A stretch of 63,726 bases of DNA, filler included. It is 3 parts of 3 records of this genome, joined end to end, with 100 filler letters (N's around TTAATTAATTAA, not from the genome) between each part and the next. Parts side by side here need not be neighbours in the genome. Positions count along the whole stretch, not along the records: positions 22,146 to 47,071 come from SRR20825019_843; positions 47,172 to 63,726 come from SRR20825019_849; 1 more part is not named here. One strand, given 5' to 3'. The position numbers were made by a program, and so were the translations under genes. This document shows, in pieces, positions 44,336 through 54,083 of this stretch (positions are counted from its first letter, which is position 1; each line of letters opens with the position of its first letter). Under the pieces are notes generated by a model. The model was not told the origin of the DNA, made no database searches, and saw only the letters and a list, made by a program, of their open reading frames with translations.

Positions 44336-46895
44336 TCATTCGTCCTCCTGAGACCACCTCAAGCGGGGATCGTCAAGCGTCAACCGATACATCTTTGAGC
44401 GCACAGTAGTGTGAATGGACCAGCCACACAATGTTGACACACCACTGTCGGGCTCACCTGATTGTTGTACTCATATTCGGGAACGGCCGCCCCATCAGTG
44501 AACATCTTAGTGTGGGTTCCTTCAAAATAAATCACTCTGCGCCATGATCAGATATCACATATGCCGGACACCATCCCAAGCTTGGCAACCATGAACTGAC
44601 CTTCCATGATCCTTATCAAAGTCTCTGTGATGTTGGATATTGTAGAATGACATCACGTCGTGTGTTACAATCTTGACGGCACGTGTGAATGGCCCGGAGG
44701 CAGACGGCCCCTCTGAATAATAAACCTAAATGCAATGAGCGGTTAGTACACTTAGCCGCCTGGAGTACGTTGAATGCAAACCTGGCCAAGCGAAGAGGGT
44801 TTGTCGTAAACGGATTGGAATATCAAGATCCACTTGCCACGGTAAGGGTTCGGGCTAACAGTACCTGCCATATGAAGGTGTATCAGATGACTAGCAAATA
44901 CATATACAGGATTTGTAATCGGACCTGTCTTGATGGTAATGAAGGCGTCATCACCCTCCGCCCGGACTATGGCCAGCCGAGCCTCGCTCCTCGTCATCAA
45001 TCCCCTAACGTGACTGGTATCAGAACCATGGAACACCAAAGGCCGCTTTTCTGTCATACTTGGACACAAACTGCTCTTCCTGTTCACAGTTCAATGGCGG
45101 AGTGCCAACTTTCCAATCATATGCGAGCTTTCGGTGCCACCCCAGCGGCGATTTACCAAGCAAAACTGAATCCACGGCATCTTGAATAATTTAAGTGATT
45201 TGAGTTCTCTATTCTCATTGCCGCTCCGCCATCCCACAATACCTGTCAGTGTTGCTACCCAACCCTTTCGATCTAACTTCTCATCCGCCACTGAAGTGCC
45301 CTTGACCAGTGGAGTGAGGCCTTCGTACTTCGAAACGTCAAGAAGATCCTCCTCTCGAACTCTGATAGTCGCCGGAGCCCCAAAGAATATCATACTGCGT
45401 TGCGTGAACAGTTAGAACCTAGGGTGAACTGTCTATTCGTAACGGTGCCGACCTTTGGCCGTCGACATCGGTGCGAACCGCCGCATCCATAGGATATGGC
45501 CCGGCGTAGTCACTCCTCACCATCCACTCATCACGGAGCTCAAACTTTCCACTTGATTCGTCAAGAACCGCCCAGCCCTGACGGGTGATCGCCCAGTCAC
45601 TCTGCCTCACGGTGTACCTGCATCAAATATCAGAAGTATTATTTCGGATTCAGCGGTTCCATACCAAGCGTAGAGACGCTCGCCCGAACCGTCAGGATTG
45701 GCCACGACTACAGGTCCAAACCATAGTAGGCCCCCTTCACCTGGAGGATCTGCCATGGCTCTGACTATAGATAGTGACCAGCTTAGCTCAACGGCAACTA
45801 TAGTAACAGACCAAGCCCACCTATGCCATCGCCACCGACGAAATACTCATAGGCGACACCATGATCAAGATCGGTTTCGGCGGCCTTAGATTTAGCCCCG
45901 GAGGCATGGAAATTCCCTGTGACCAGCATGTAAGGAGAGAGCAGCAGGGATGCATTGCAAAAGCTCCGCACCGAGTGGTCTGGACTGGACATTCGTGTCT
46001 CCCCACACCCAGTAGTCATATCCATTGAGCCGCCCGTGCAGAATGGAGTCCTGTGGGATATTGAGGAAACAGGTATATTCCGTGGATAGTATACTCACCT
46101 GGCCCGTCACATCTGCGTAAGTATCGTTCGGACGAAATGCGCCTAGGCCAGCCGCAACGGAGTGTGCATATATCCCCTTCACAACTCACGTCAGCACCCC
46201 GATACCTATCGCCGTCACGGTCACCTTCTACAACCCACCTTTCCGGTCGTTCGGTATATCCGCTCCGCCGCCAATATCCTATCTACAAACACCTTGGACA
46301 CGCCTCCCGCTGCCCAATACTTAGCCGCCGCTGTCGAAACTTCACGACAGAGCACTCACGTCTCAGCTCGAGGCTAACCCCATATATACCAAACACGTTT
46401 TCTTTCACAGCGTAGCCATTGGCGTGAGGGATGTGGAACCACACACCACGGCCCAGCCGCGAGACGAACAAGTCCTCGTCACGGATAGACACCACCCCCT
46501 GGCTGGTATTTGTAACACTTGCATTAGTAATTGAAACTCAAGATGAGTATTGGGGCCGGTCTTGCCTGTCACTCCAATAAGAGACCTCCGCGGTGGTACG
46601 CAGCTCGATCATGGGCACACCACGCCCGGTGGACCTGTCGGGAGTCGGGTCAGCGAGAGGCTGATCATGTCATCTACAGAAGACACGCAGCTCAAATAAG
46701 ATATCATAGCTACCTGTCAAGAATATGAATAACGTGGGGCCGAGTGGAGTGAAGTGCGTCCGACTGACATCGTGTAAGTTCTGGCCGGGCACCCTCAGTG
46801 GTGGAAGCGGAACGGGTACCACCGTCGCTGGGGGTTGCCGCACACGCCGTCAGGGCGAACGCAAGTGCGAGCAGACCAACCAAGTGCTTCGCCAT
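44336..46895 (-). CDS. Spliced gene for a secreted protein resembling an uncharacterised bacterial family
   Basis: Signal peptide MAKHLVGLLALAFALTACA. Exons read ILDRSTGRGVPMIELRTT, AERIYRTTGK-GIYAHS, YWVWGDTN..PLGNFHASGA, GPFTRAVKIVTHDVMSFYN, VIYFEGTHT, MYRLTLDDPRL...TGA. Confidence 0.75.
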
Positions 46896-47071
46896 ATTTC
46901 AAAGAGTGATTGGGGAAAAGGTTGGTCGCACTACTTATCTGTAGCCGGCTTCGAGCAAGTCACTGACTCAGTCGGGTCGGCCAGCGGGACGCGGCGTCAG
47001 CCGCCTCGGGATGAGCCAGCGGGCGGCCGGACCGGCCGCAGGGTGATGATGAATGAATTTATTGGTTTGAA

Positions 47072-47171
47072 NNNNNNNNNNNNNNNNNNNNNNNNNNNNN
47101 NNNNNNNNNNNNNNNTTAATTAATTAANNNNNNNNNNNNNNNNNNNNNNNNNNNNNNNNNNNNNNNNNNNN
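47072..47171. other. Artificial contig-joining spacer
   Basis: Same N-TTAATTAATTAA-N linker as at 22046. Confidence 0.98.
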
Positions 47172-48604
47172 ATGCCGATGCGCTGGCGCTGGCCGCCGGA
47201 GAAACTGTGCGGATAGCGGTTCAGGTGCCGGGCATCGAGCCCGACCAGCTTCATCAGCTCCGATACCATCTCGCGGCGATAGGCATCGTCGCCGATACCG
47301 TGGATCACCAGCGGCTCACTGACGATATCGAACACCGTCATGCGCGGATTGAGAGAGCTGAACGGGTCCTGGAAAACGAATTGCAGCTTCTGACGGAAAT
47401 CCGTGAGCCGGTCGCCATCAAGGCCCAGCACATCAATCTCGCCATCCTGGTCCGCATAGGTGACCGCCCCCTGATCCGGCGTCAGAGCGCGCATGATGGT
47501 CTTGCTGAGAGTGGTCTTGCCGCAGCCGGATTCCCCGACAAGGCCAAGACATTCACCCGGCCGCACTTCGAAGCTCACATCGTCCAGCGCATAGACCTTC
47601 GATTCCTCGCTGGAGAGCCAGGAGCCCTGACGGATGGTGAAGCATTTCGAAAGGCTATCGACCTTCAGGATCGGTTTCTTGCTGTCGACCGGAGCCTTCG
47701 CGGCCTCGGTCGGCGCCAGCAGATGTCCGGTTTCGCTCTTGATGTCACGGATTGGGACCAGTCTTTCGCCCGGCTCCATGTTGAAGCGGGGGACCGCCGC
47801 CATCAGGGCTTTCAGATAGGGATGCTGCGGATCATTGAACAACTGCTCGCGCGTACCGCTTTCCATCACCCGGCCGCGATACATGACCACAACATCGTCG
47901 GCCATGTTGGCGACGACACCGAGATCGTGGGTGATCATCAGCACCGCCATGCCGAGCTCGGCCTGCAGATCCTTCATCAGCTTCAGGATCTGGGCTTGAA
48001 TAGTGACGTCGAGCGCAGTGGTCGGCTCATCCGCGATCAGCAGGGACGGACGGCAGATCAGCGCCATCGAGATCATCGCCCGCTGACGCAATCCACCGGA
48101 CAGCTCGAACGGATAGGTGCGCAGCGCCCGGGCCGGGTCCGGAAAACCGACCATCCGGAGCATATCCTCGGTCAGTTCCTGCGCCTCGCGGCCGGAAACG
48201 TCCCGATGCAGCTCCAGTGCCTCGCGGATCTGGTTCCCCACCGTGTGCAGCGGCGAGAGCGAGGTCATCGGTTCCTGGAAAATCAGCGATATCTGGCCGC
48301 CACGAATCTGCCGCATCGCCTTGCTGTTGCGATTGAGCCGGGCGATGTCGATGATCGTACCTTTTTTACGGTCATCCGCGAACAGGATGGAGCCATTGCG
48401 GATCTGGGCAATCGGGGGAAGCAGACCCATGATAGCCTGGCTGACAACGCTCTTGCCGGAGCCGGATTCACCAACCAGAGCCACGGTTTTACCAGCACGG
48501 ACCTGGAAGGACACCCTGTTTACGGCAAGCAGCTCCCCGCCCGGTAAATCGAACGCAACCTGCAAGTCCCTGACCCGCAGCAGCGGTGTCAGTTGGTCGT
48601 TCAT
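47172..48604 (-). CDS. Opp/Dpp-type ABC importer ATP-binding protein with two fused NBDs, 3' truncated
   Basis: GESGSGKS and GESGCGKT Walker A motifs, YPFELSGGLRQR, DEPTTALDVTIQAQIL, YPHSFSGGQRQRI. Confidence 0.95.
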
Positions 48605-48633
48605 GCCTTTAATCCCCCTGATCCGCCGGCATC

Positions 48634-49134
48634 CTACTGATCCCTTGCGGCCAGCCCCGTGTTTATCCCTGCGGCCACCAGATTATCCGTTGTCGTCTGG
48701 GTTAGTCCAAGATCGTTTTGCCTGGCAGCGGAAGCGGCATGCTCAAGCACGGTCTCAAAACCGTCAAGCGTCGATTCCAGGCTGATTTTCACGCCATTCC
48801 GGTCCTTCAGGACAAGATGCATCCAGCCGGAGTTCTTCTCCTTCTGAGTCGAGTAATAGCGCAGATCCAGTACAGCAAGTTCCGGCCATTTGATGGTCTT
48901 GCTCAAGGGTCCATGCGCCTGAATGCCGACGTCATCGACCTCGTACCTGGTTTGCGCCCGGAGCCAGGTTTTGGCGATAAAGCCGGCGAAAATCAGTGCG
49001 ATCAGCAAAAAGACGATCTGGAAGGTTCCAAGCATCGGCGCAAAGGCGACCGGAAAGGCGGTAACCGCGAACCCAAGGCCGCCGCGCACATAGTCCCCCG
49101 TAACCGCGCCTTTCTTGTATCCGTGCAGGCTCAT
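48634..49134 (-). CDS. Small two-TM membrane protein with soluble C-terminal domain (possibly bacterial PH-like)
   Basis: Two TM helices followed by YEVDDVGI...TIKWPEL...LRYYST...GWMHLVL. 4-nt overlap with the upstream gene. Confidence 0.7.
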   Translation of the reverse strand: MSLHGYKKGAVTGDYVRGGLGFAVTAFPVAFAPMLGTFQIVFLLIALIFAGFIAKTWLRAQTRYEVDDVGIQAHGPLSKTIKWPELAVLDLRYYSTQKEKNSGWMHLVLKDRNGVKISLESTLDGFETVLEHAASAARQNDLGLTQTTTDNLVAAGINTGLAARDQ

Positions 49135-49907
49135 CCCAGATCCTCTACAGGTAAAAAACAGTCATGCGGCGCAATCAGCTCGACGGCCCGATGGGACTTC
49201 ACTTCCAGCATCAAAGCCTCAAGCGCACGCCAGTCCTCGCCCACCATTACCAGATGATGCGTCAAAAGTCCGCTCGGCTCCGCCGGGTCGGCCCGGCCCG
49301 TACGGCGCGCTTCAAGATGCGCCGCCAAAGCGGCCGCCACGGCTCCCGAGCCGACAAATTCACGCGTACCGCGCCAGTCAATGACATCGCTGTGGGTGTT
49401 CACACAGCGCAGGCCCGGCACGGCCGAGGATGCCTGCCGCGGGCCGAAGGTCGAAAGCCCCCTGAAACCGCACCCGGGAAGCGCCTCGACCAGATCCGGT
49501 GCGATGCGATTCCAGGGCGGCACAAAACAGGGAAGCAGAAGCTCCGGAAATGCGTCGCGCAAGGCGCTCAAGGCCGCGCGCGCATCCCCGCATTTATCAT
49601 CCAGCGCGCGGGAGGCCGGGAATTCGCACTTCTTTTCACCGTCCGCCGCATGGTTCCGGTGAGCAAATCCATGCACCAGAAGTTCCGTGCCGGCTCCCGC
49701 AAGACGCGCCGCCAGCCCGCCCATGTCGGCGCCTTCCGGCACAATTGCCAGCCCCGGAACCCATTCCGTCGCCTCCGCCATGGCAAGCAACGGCTCCAAT
49801 GCCGGGGTCGGGCGCTGCAGGTCGTCGTCCCGCCACCAGATCGTGGCGGTCAGTCCCTCCGCATCCCAGCGATCAAGCTCCCGCAGGAGAATGCCGGTCC
49901 CGGTCAC
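49131..49907 (-). CDS. Polysaccharide deacetylase-like (NodB/CE4 fold) protein
   Basis: WWRDDD, LVHGFAHRNH, FVPPWNRI, LLTHH. Confidence 0.8.
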   Translation of the reverse strand: MTGTGILLRELDRWDAEGLTATIWWRDDDLQRPTPALEPLLAMAEATEWVPGLAIVPEGADMGGLAARLAGAGTELLVHGFAHRNHAADGEKKCEFPASRALDDKCGDARAALSALRDAFPELLLPCFVPPWNRIAPDLVEALPGCGFRGLSTFGPRQASSAVPGLRCVNTHSDVIDWRGTREFVGSGAVAAALAAHLEARRTGRADPAEPSGLLTHHLVMVGEDWRALEALMLEVKSHRAVELIAPHDCFLPVEDLG

Positions 49908-51067
49908 GCCGGCTCCAGCAACTGGCTGAGAATGCGCGCCGTTCCGGCAGCGCCATCAAGATCGATGCCCGAAACACCCACCTCACGGCCCGCCACCGCC
50001 TGCTGCATCGCCTGTGCAAGCGCGTCATGGGTCAGGGCATCTTCCGGCACCACGGCAAGGCGTCCGCGCTTCGCCAGCAGATCCGCGCGGATCCGTTGCT
50101 CGGTCTCGACGCCGCCCTCATAGGGAATCACCACGGACGCCGTCCCTGCCGTCAGCACTTCGGCCAGAGTGTTGTAGCCAGCTTGTGAAATCGAAAGGAA
50201 CGCTCTCGAAATGATTGAGGCAAGATCGGGACGGCTGCGCTCGACGATCACGCCCGGCCCGGCCAACTTTTCAATCTCGCGCGCTGCCTCGTCCGGCATG
50301 TGCGGCCCGGTAACAAAGCGCCATGTCCGGTCGGCAAAGGGGAGAGCGGAGCGAAGCTCTGCCACCGCGCGCATGATATCCCCGCCAACGGCCCCGCCAC
50401 CGGCCGAGACCACAACCTCGCCCGCGCCGTCACCAGTTTCATTGCCCGCTATATCGATCGGGTTCAGCACATAGCCGGTATAGCGGACCGGAGGTGTCAG
50501 TTCGTCATACATCGGGAAGGTATCGGCGAGGCTGATGACCGCCTCATCGCCATGCACCAGCACCATGTCGTAGTACCGGTCGACGGTTTCGACGATCTCC
50601 CGGTTGCGGTCCGGGCGCGGTTTGGTGACCAGAATATCCCGCATCGAAGAGACAATTTTCGGTTGCCAGTCCACCGCCTTGGCCCGGTCGAGCAGCGGCA
50701 GCAATTCGAAGCGCATCTGCCGCCGTCCGAAAGGAAACAGCTCCGTGAAAACGATATCGGGGCGGATTTCCTCGAACAGGGCGAGCAATGTGTCGCACCG
50801 GGCAGCGCGCCATGCATCGTCGATTTCCCGGCCGTTCTCGTCCGCCAGAACCTTGAACAGGCTGTCCACGGCACGCACGGGCGGCAACTGATGCAGGATC
50901 GCACCGCCAATATCCAGATGCGGAACCGGCATGCCGCCGGAGACGAAATGCACCTCGAAACCATCAGCGACCGCGGCCTGCGCGACTGCCGCCGCCCGGC
51001 GCAGATGGCCAATGCCCAGGAGGTTCTGGACATAGAGAAAAAGCGTCTTGGGCCGGGTATCCGTCAT
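49904..51067 (-). CDS. GT-B glycosyltransferase, COG4671/GT28-C-like
   Basis: YVQNLLGIGHLRR, ELFPFGRR, VSAGGGAVG, SQAGYNT, EQRIRA. Confidence 0.88.
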   Translation of the reverse strand: MTDTRPKTLFLYVQNLLGIGHLRRAAAVAQAAVADGFEVHFVSGGMPVPHLDIGGAILHQLPPVRAVDSLFKVLADENGREIDDAWRAARCDTLLALFEEIRPDIVFTELFPFGRRQMRFELLPLLDRAKAVDWQPKIVSSMRDILVTKPRPDRNREIVETVDRYYDMVLVHGDEAVISLADTFPMYDELTPPVRYTGYVLNPIDIAGNETGDGAGEVVVSAGGGAVGGDIMRAVAELRSALPFADRTWRFVTGPHMPDEAAREIEKLAGPGVIVERSRPDLASIISRAFLSISQAGYNTLAEVLTAGTASVVIPYEGGVETEQRIRADLLAKRGRLAVVPEDALTHDALAQAMQQAVAGREVGVSGIDLDGAAGTARILSQLLEPA

Positions 51068-51657
51068 GACAGCAGGCTCACATTCATTGCATCCGGACGG
51101 ATCTCCCCGTCCGGGTCGAGACGGACCATATGCATGGCCGACCAGTCAAGCCGGACCGGCGGCTTTCCCATCATGTCCCAGTCCCAGGCGAGTGCCAGCG
51201 CGGCGCGGATCACCCCCTTGTGGGTGACGGCGAGGCAGCGTTCCGGCAGTGGCTGCCGTGCCTGAAGTTTTTCAAAAAACACCTGCAGCCGGCGCTGCAC
51301 ATCGCGTGGAGATTCCCCGCCCGGGGGCCGGAAATCCAGACCCCGGTCCTCGTTCTCTTTCATTTCGGATCCGAGTTGATCCCTGAGCTCGGCAAGCCGC
51401 CGGCCTTCCCAATCTCCCCAATGCATTTCCGTCAGAAGCGGCTCCTCTTCCAGGTAGGCACACCCCGCCAGCGAGGCTGTCTCCCGGGCACGCTGAAGCG
51501 GTGAGATCAGGGCCGGTGCTAGCCGGAAGGCTTCCGGAAGCCGGTAGCGGGCCACCTGTGCCCGGCCTTCTGCGGAAAGCGGGATATCGGTCCGGCCCTG
51601 CAAACGTTGCTCGGCATTCCACGCGGTCGGCCCATGCCGCAGAAATCCGATCAGCAT
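51064..51657 (-). CDS. Histidine phosphatase (phosphoglycerate mutase family)
   Basis: RHGPTAWN..RLQGRTDIPLS, SPLQRARET, EMHWGDWEG, PGGES, VTHKG. Confidence 0.93.
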   Translation of the reverse strand: MLIGFLRHGPTAWNAEQRLQGRTDIPLSAEGRAQVARYRLPEAFRLAPALISPLQRARETASLAGCAYLEEEPLLTEMHWGDWEGRRLAELRDQLGSEMKENEDRGLDFRPPGGESPRDVQRRLQVFFEKLQARQPLPERCLAVTHKGVIRAALALAWDWDMMGKPPVRLDWSAMHMVRLDPDGEIRPDAMNVSLLS

Positions 51658-52778
51658 GGCAGGGCCTCGAGCGCCGCATTCAGCCGGGCCGCAGCGCTTT
51701 CGAGACTATGAGCGCGATTGGCCTGCTCCCGGCCTGCGGCACCGAAGCGGCGCGCAAGATCCATATCGAGAAGCAGCCGATCAAGGTTGACGGCAAAACC
51801 GGCGCTGTCTCCTTCGGCGGAAAGCAGGCCCGTTACGCCATCGCTGACGATATCCGGCACCCCGCCGACATCGCCCGCCACGACCGGAAGTCCGTTGGCC
51901 TGGGCCTCCAACAATGCCATGCCGTAGGCTTCGTTGATCGCGGGCCAGACGAAGATATCCACCGCCTGATAGAGAGCCTGGAGCTGCGCAGCATCTACCG
52001 CCCCAAGCAGATGAACGCGGCCCCGATGCGGCGCGAAACAGGCCTCGACCTCCGGCCGGCCGTCACCATCACCGGCAATGACCAGCGCCCACGGCCGCTC
52101 CGGCGGGATCCGCGACAGGGCATCCGCCAGCACTCTGTAGGACTGGATTTTCACCCCCGGCCGCATCATGCCGACGGCAAGCAGCAACGGAACACCCGCT
52201 GCAATCCCGAGACGTTCCCTCAGCGCGGTCCCGGCACCCGGGTCTTCCGGATAGGGCAGGCCATCGAGGAACGGCTTGATCTCAAGATACCGGCCAGCCG
52301 GCCCAAGACACGGTGCCACACAGCCTTTGTCCCGGCTGTTGAAGCCGATGGCAAGCGCGGCCTGACCGAGCGCTTCCAAAACCCTCTGGTGTGAATCCGC
52401 CCACGGTCCCGACGCCCGTTTCGGGGCATTCGACGCCTCGGCGACCACATAGGGAATGCCAAGCCGGGCCGCGATCCCGGGCCCGATCAGGTCGGGAGCC
52501 TTGTAATAAAGGTGATAGGTGAACCAGAGGTCCGGCGGCACAATCTTTCCGGACTCGCAACATTTCACGAACCGGTCCGTATAACGCGCGCCAAGCCGGA
52601 CGAGCCGGGCCTGACGGGCCAGGTCGCCCTTGCCGTCCCTGCTGCGCAGCCGGGAGGCGAGGAACACCTCATGTCCACCGACACGGAGAGCTGCCATAAG
52701 CAAACGCGCCATGCGCCGGTCTCCGGAGGGTGTCGGTGCATCCGGGGATTTCAGCGGCGCGTGGAAAGCGATCCTCAC
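51651..52778 (-). CDS. GT4 family glycosyltransferase
   Basis: PSGDRRMARL, EAYGMALLEAQANGLPVVA (E-x7-E), DGVTG. Confidence 0.9.
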   Translation of the reverse strand: MRIAFHAPLKSPDAPTPSGDRRMARLLMAALRVGGHEVFLASRLRSRDGKGDLARQARLVRLGARYTDRFVKCCESGKIVPPDLWFTYHLYYKAPDLIGPGIAARLGIPYVVAEASNAPKRASGPWADSHQRVLEALGQAALAIGFNSRDKGCVAPCLGPAGRYLEIKPFLDGLPYPEDPGAGTALRERLGIAAGVPLLLAVGMMRPGVKIQSYRVLADALSRIPPERPWALVIAGDGDGRPEVEACFAPHRGRVHLLGAVDAAQLQALYQAVDIFVWPAINEAYGMALLEAQANGLPVVAGDVGGVPDIVSDGVTGLLSAEGDSAGFAVNLDRLLLDMDLARRFGAAGREQANRAHSLESAAARLNAALEALPC

Positions 52779-54037
52779 GCTGCTTCGTCCGTTCCCGTAG
52801 CAGCCCCCGTAGCAAGCCCAAGCAACGCCGCCAGCGTTCCAATCGCCGTCAGATGATCAAACCGGCTGCGGACCCTGGCCTCTCCGGCCGCCCCATACCG
52901 TGCCCTGAGAGCCGGGTTCCGGATCAGTTCCTCCACCGCCTTCGCCAGAGCCGCAATATCGTCCGGCGGAACAAGGGCGCCGGTGACACCGTCTTCCATC
53001 AGCTCCGGGATGGCGGACACATCCGTGGCAAGGCAGCAAAGTCCCTGGCTCTGCGCCTCCATCAACACATTCGGCAGCCCGTCCCGATCCCCGTCTTCGG
53101 CAATCCGGCTCGGCAGGATGAAGAGATCGGAGCCGCGATAGGCCTCAAGCACCTCACTCTGCGCCGCCGCCCCCCGCCAGGTGATACGCCCGGAAAGACC
53201 CAGACCCTCCGCCTGACCCTTCAGCGCCTTCAGCTCCTTGCCGCCACCGATATGCGTCCAGTGCCAGGATAATTCTTCCGGAAGCCGGGCGAGCGCATCC
53301 AGAAGCTGGTCGAACCCCTTTTTCGGGACCGCGCGGCCGACCGAAAGCAGACGCACAGGTTCACCGGCGCCGTCGCGCTGCACCGGACGTTCAACCCCGG
53401 GCGCGAAACTGGAGAGATCGAGGCCGTGATAGACCAGTCTGGTTTTGCCGGGCACGAGAGACTCCAGATGCTCAAAGCCATAGCGGGTGCAGGTCACGGC
53501 CCAGGCCGCATCGGCCAGCTTTTCGCGCTTCTCCCACTCCGGCGAGAGCCAGATATCCTTGGCATGCGCCGAGGCGGACCAGCTCCGTCCGCTCATCAGC
53601 GCCGCATAGCGGGCGACCGAGGACGGCGTGTGCAGGAAATGCGCATAGATATGGCGAAACTTCGGATCAAGCTCGGTTGCCAGCACCAGTGCCTGGCCGA
53701 AGCGGCGTCCCCGGTTTGGGGTAAAATCACGCTTCAGGTCCTTCAGCCAGAGACGGAAAGTCGCGCCATAGCCGGGCATCCGGCGGGCCTTCCACCAGGC
53801 CTTCAGAACCCGGAGAGGCTCCTGATAGAGGTATTCCGGCAGATAATTGACCCCGGCCGAGATCTTGCCATGCACCGGATGGCTGGCCGTATCCGTCGGA
53901 TGGCGCAGGGAAATGATGGTGTAATCGAGCCCGAGGCGCTGCAGCTCGAGAATTTCCTGCGCGATGAAGGTTTCCGAAAGGCGCGGATAGCCCTTCAGAA
54001 CGATGGCCGTCGGAACGCTCGTCTGTGATCTTGCCAT
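52775..54037 (-). CDS. GT4 family glycosyltransferase (WcaL-like)
   Basis: KGYPRLSETFIAQE, VGRAVPKKG, DRDGLPNVLMEA. Start MARSQ at 54037 preferred over the ORF-track start, which overlaps the upstream gene. Confidence 0.9.
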   Translation of the reverse strand: MARSQTSVPTAIVLKGYPRLSETFIAQEILELQRLGLDYTIISLRHPTDTASHPVHGKISAGVNYLPEYLYQEPLRVLKAWWKARRMPGYGATFRLWLKDLKRDFTPNRGRRFGQALVLATELDPKFRHIYAHFLHTPSSVARYAALMSGRSWSASAHAKDIWLSPEWEKREKLADAAWAVTCTRYGFEHLESLVPGKTRLVYHGLDLSSFAPGVERPVQRDGAGEPVRLLSVGRAVPKKGFDQLLDALARLPEELSWHWTHIGGGKELKALKGQAEGLGLSGRITWRGAAAQSEVLEAYRGSDLFILPSRIAEDGDRDGLPNVLMEAQSQGLCCLATDVSAIPELMEDGVTGALVPPDDIAALAKAVEELIRNPALRARYGAAGEARVRSRFDHLTAIGTLAALLGLATGAATGTDEAA

Positions 54038-54083
54038 AACCTGCTGAACCAATGTGACGCCTGTCCGCGAGCCGGACGCTGGC

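Noticed and set aside
22146-47071. Fragmented ORFs as pseudogenes or an alternative genetic code
   Set aside because: In the genes I spliced, the interruptions are explained by GT-AG introns with branch sites, and the conserved exons have no in-frame stops.
47207-48547. Long antisense ORFs in the alphaproteobacterial contig (also 49164-50123, 50300-51265, 56740-57900, 58162-59199)
   Set aside because: These are shadow frames of well-supported genes in high-GC DNA.
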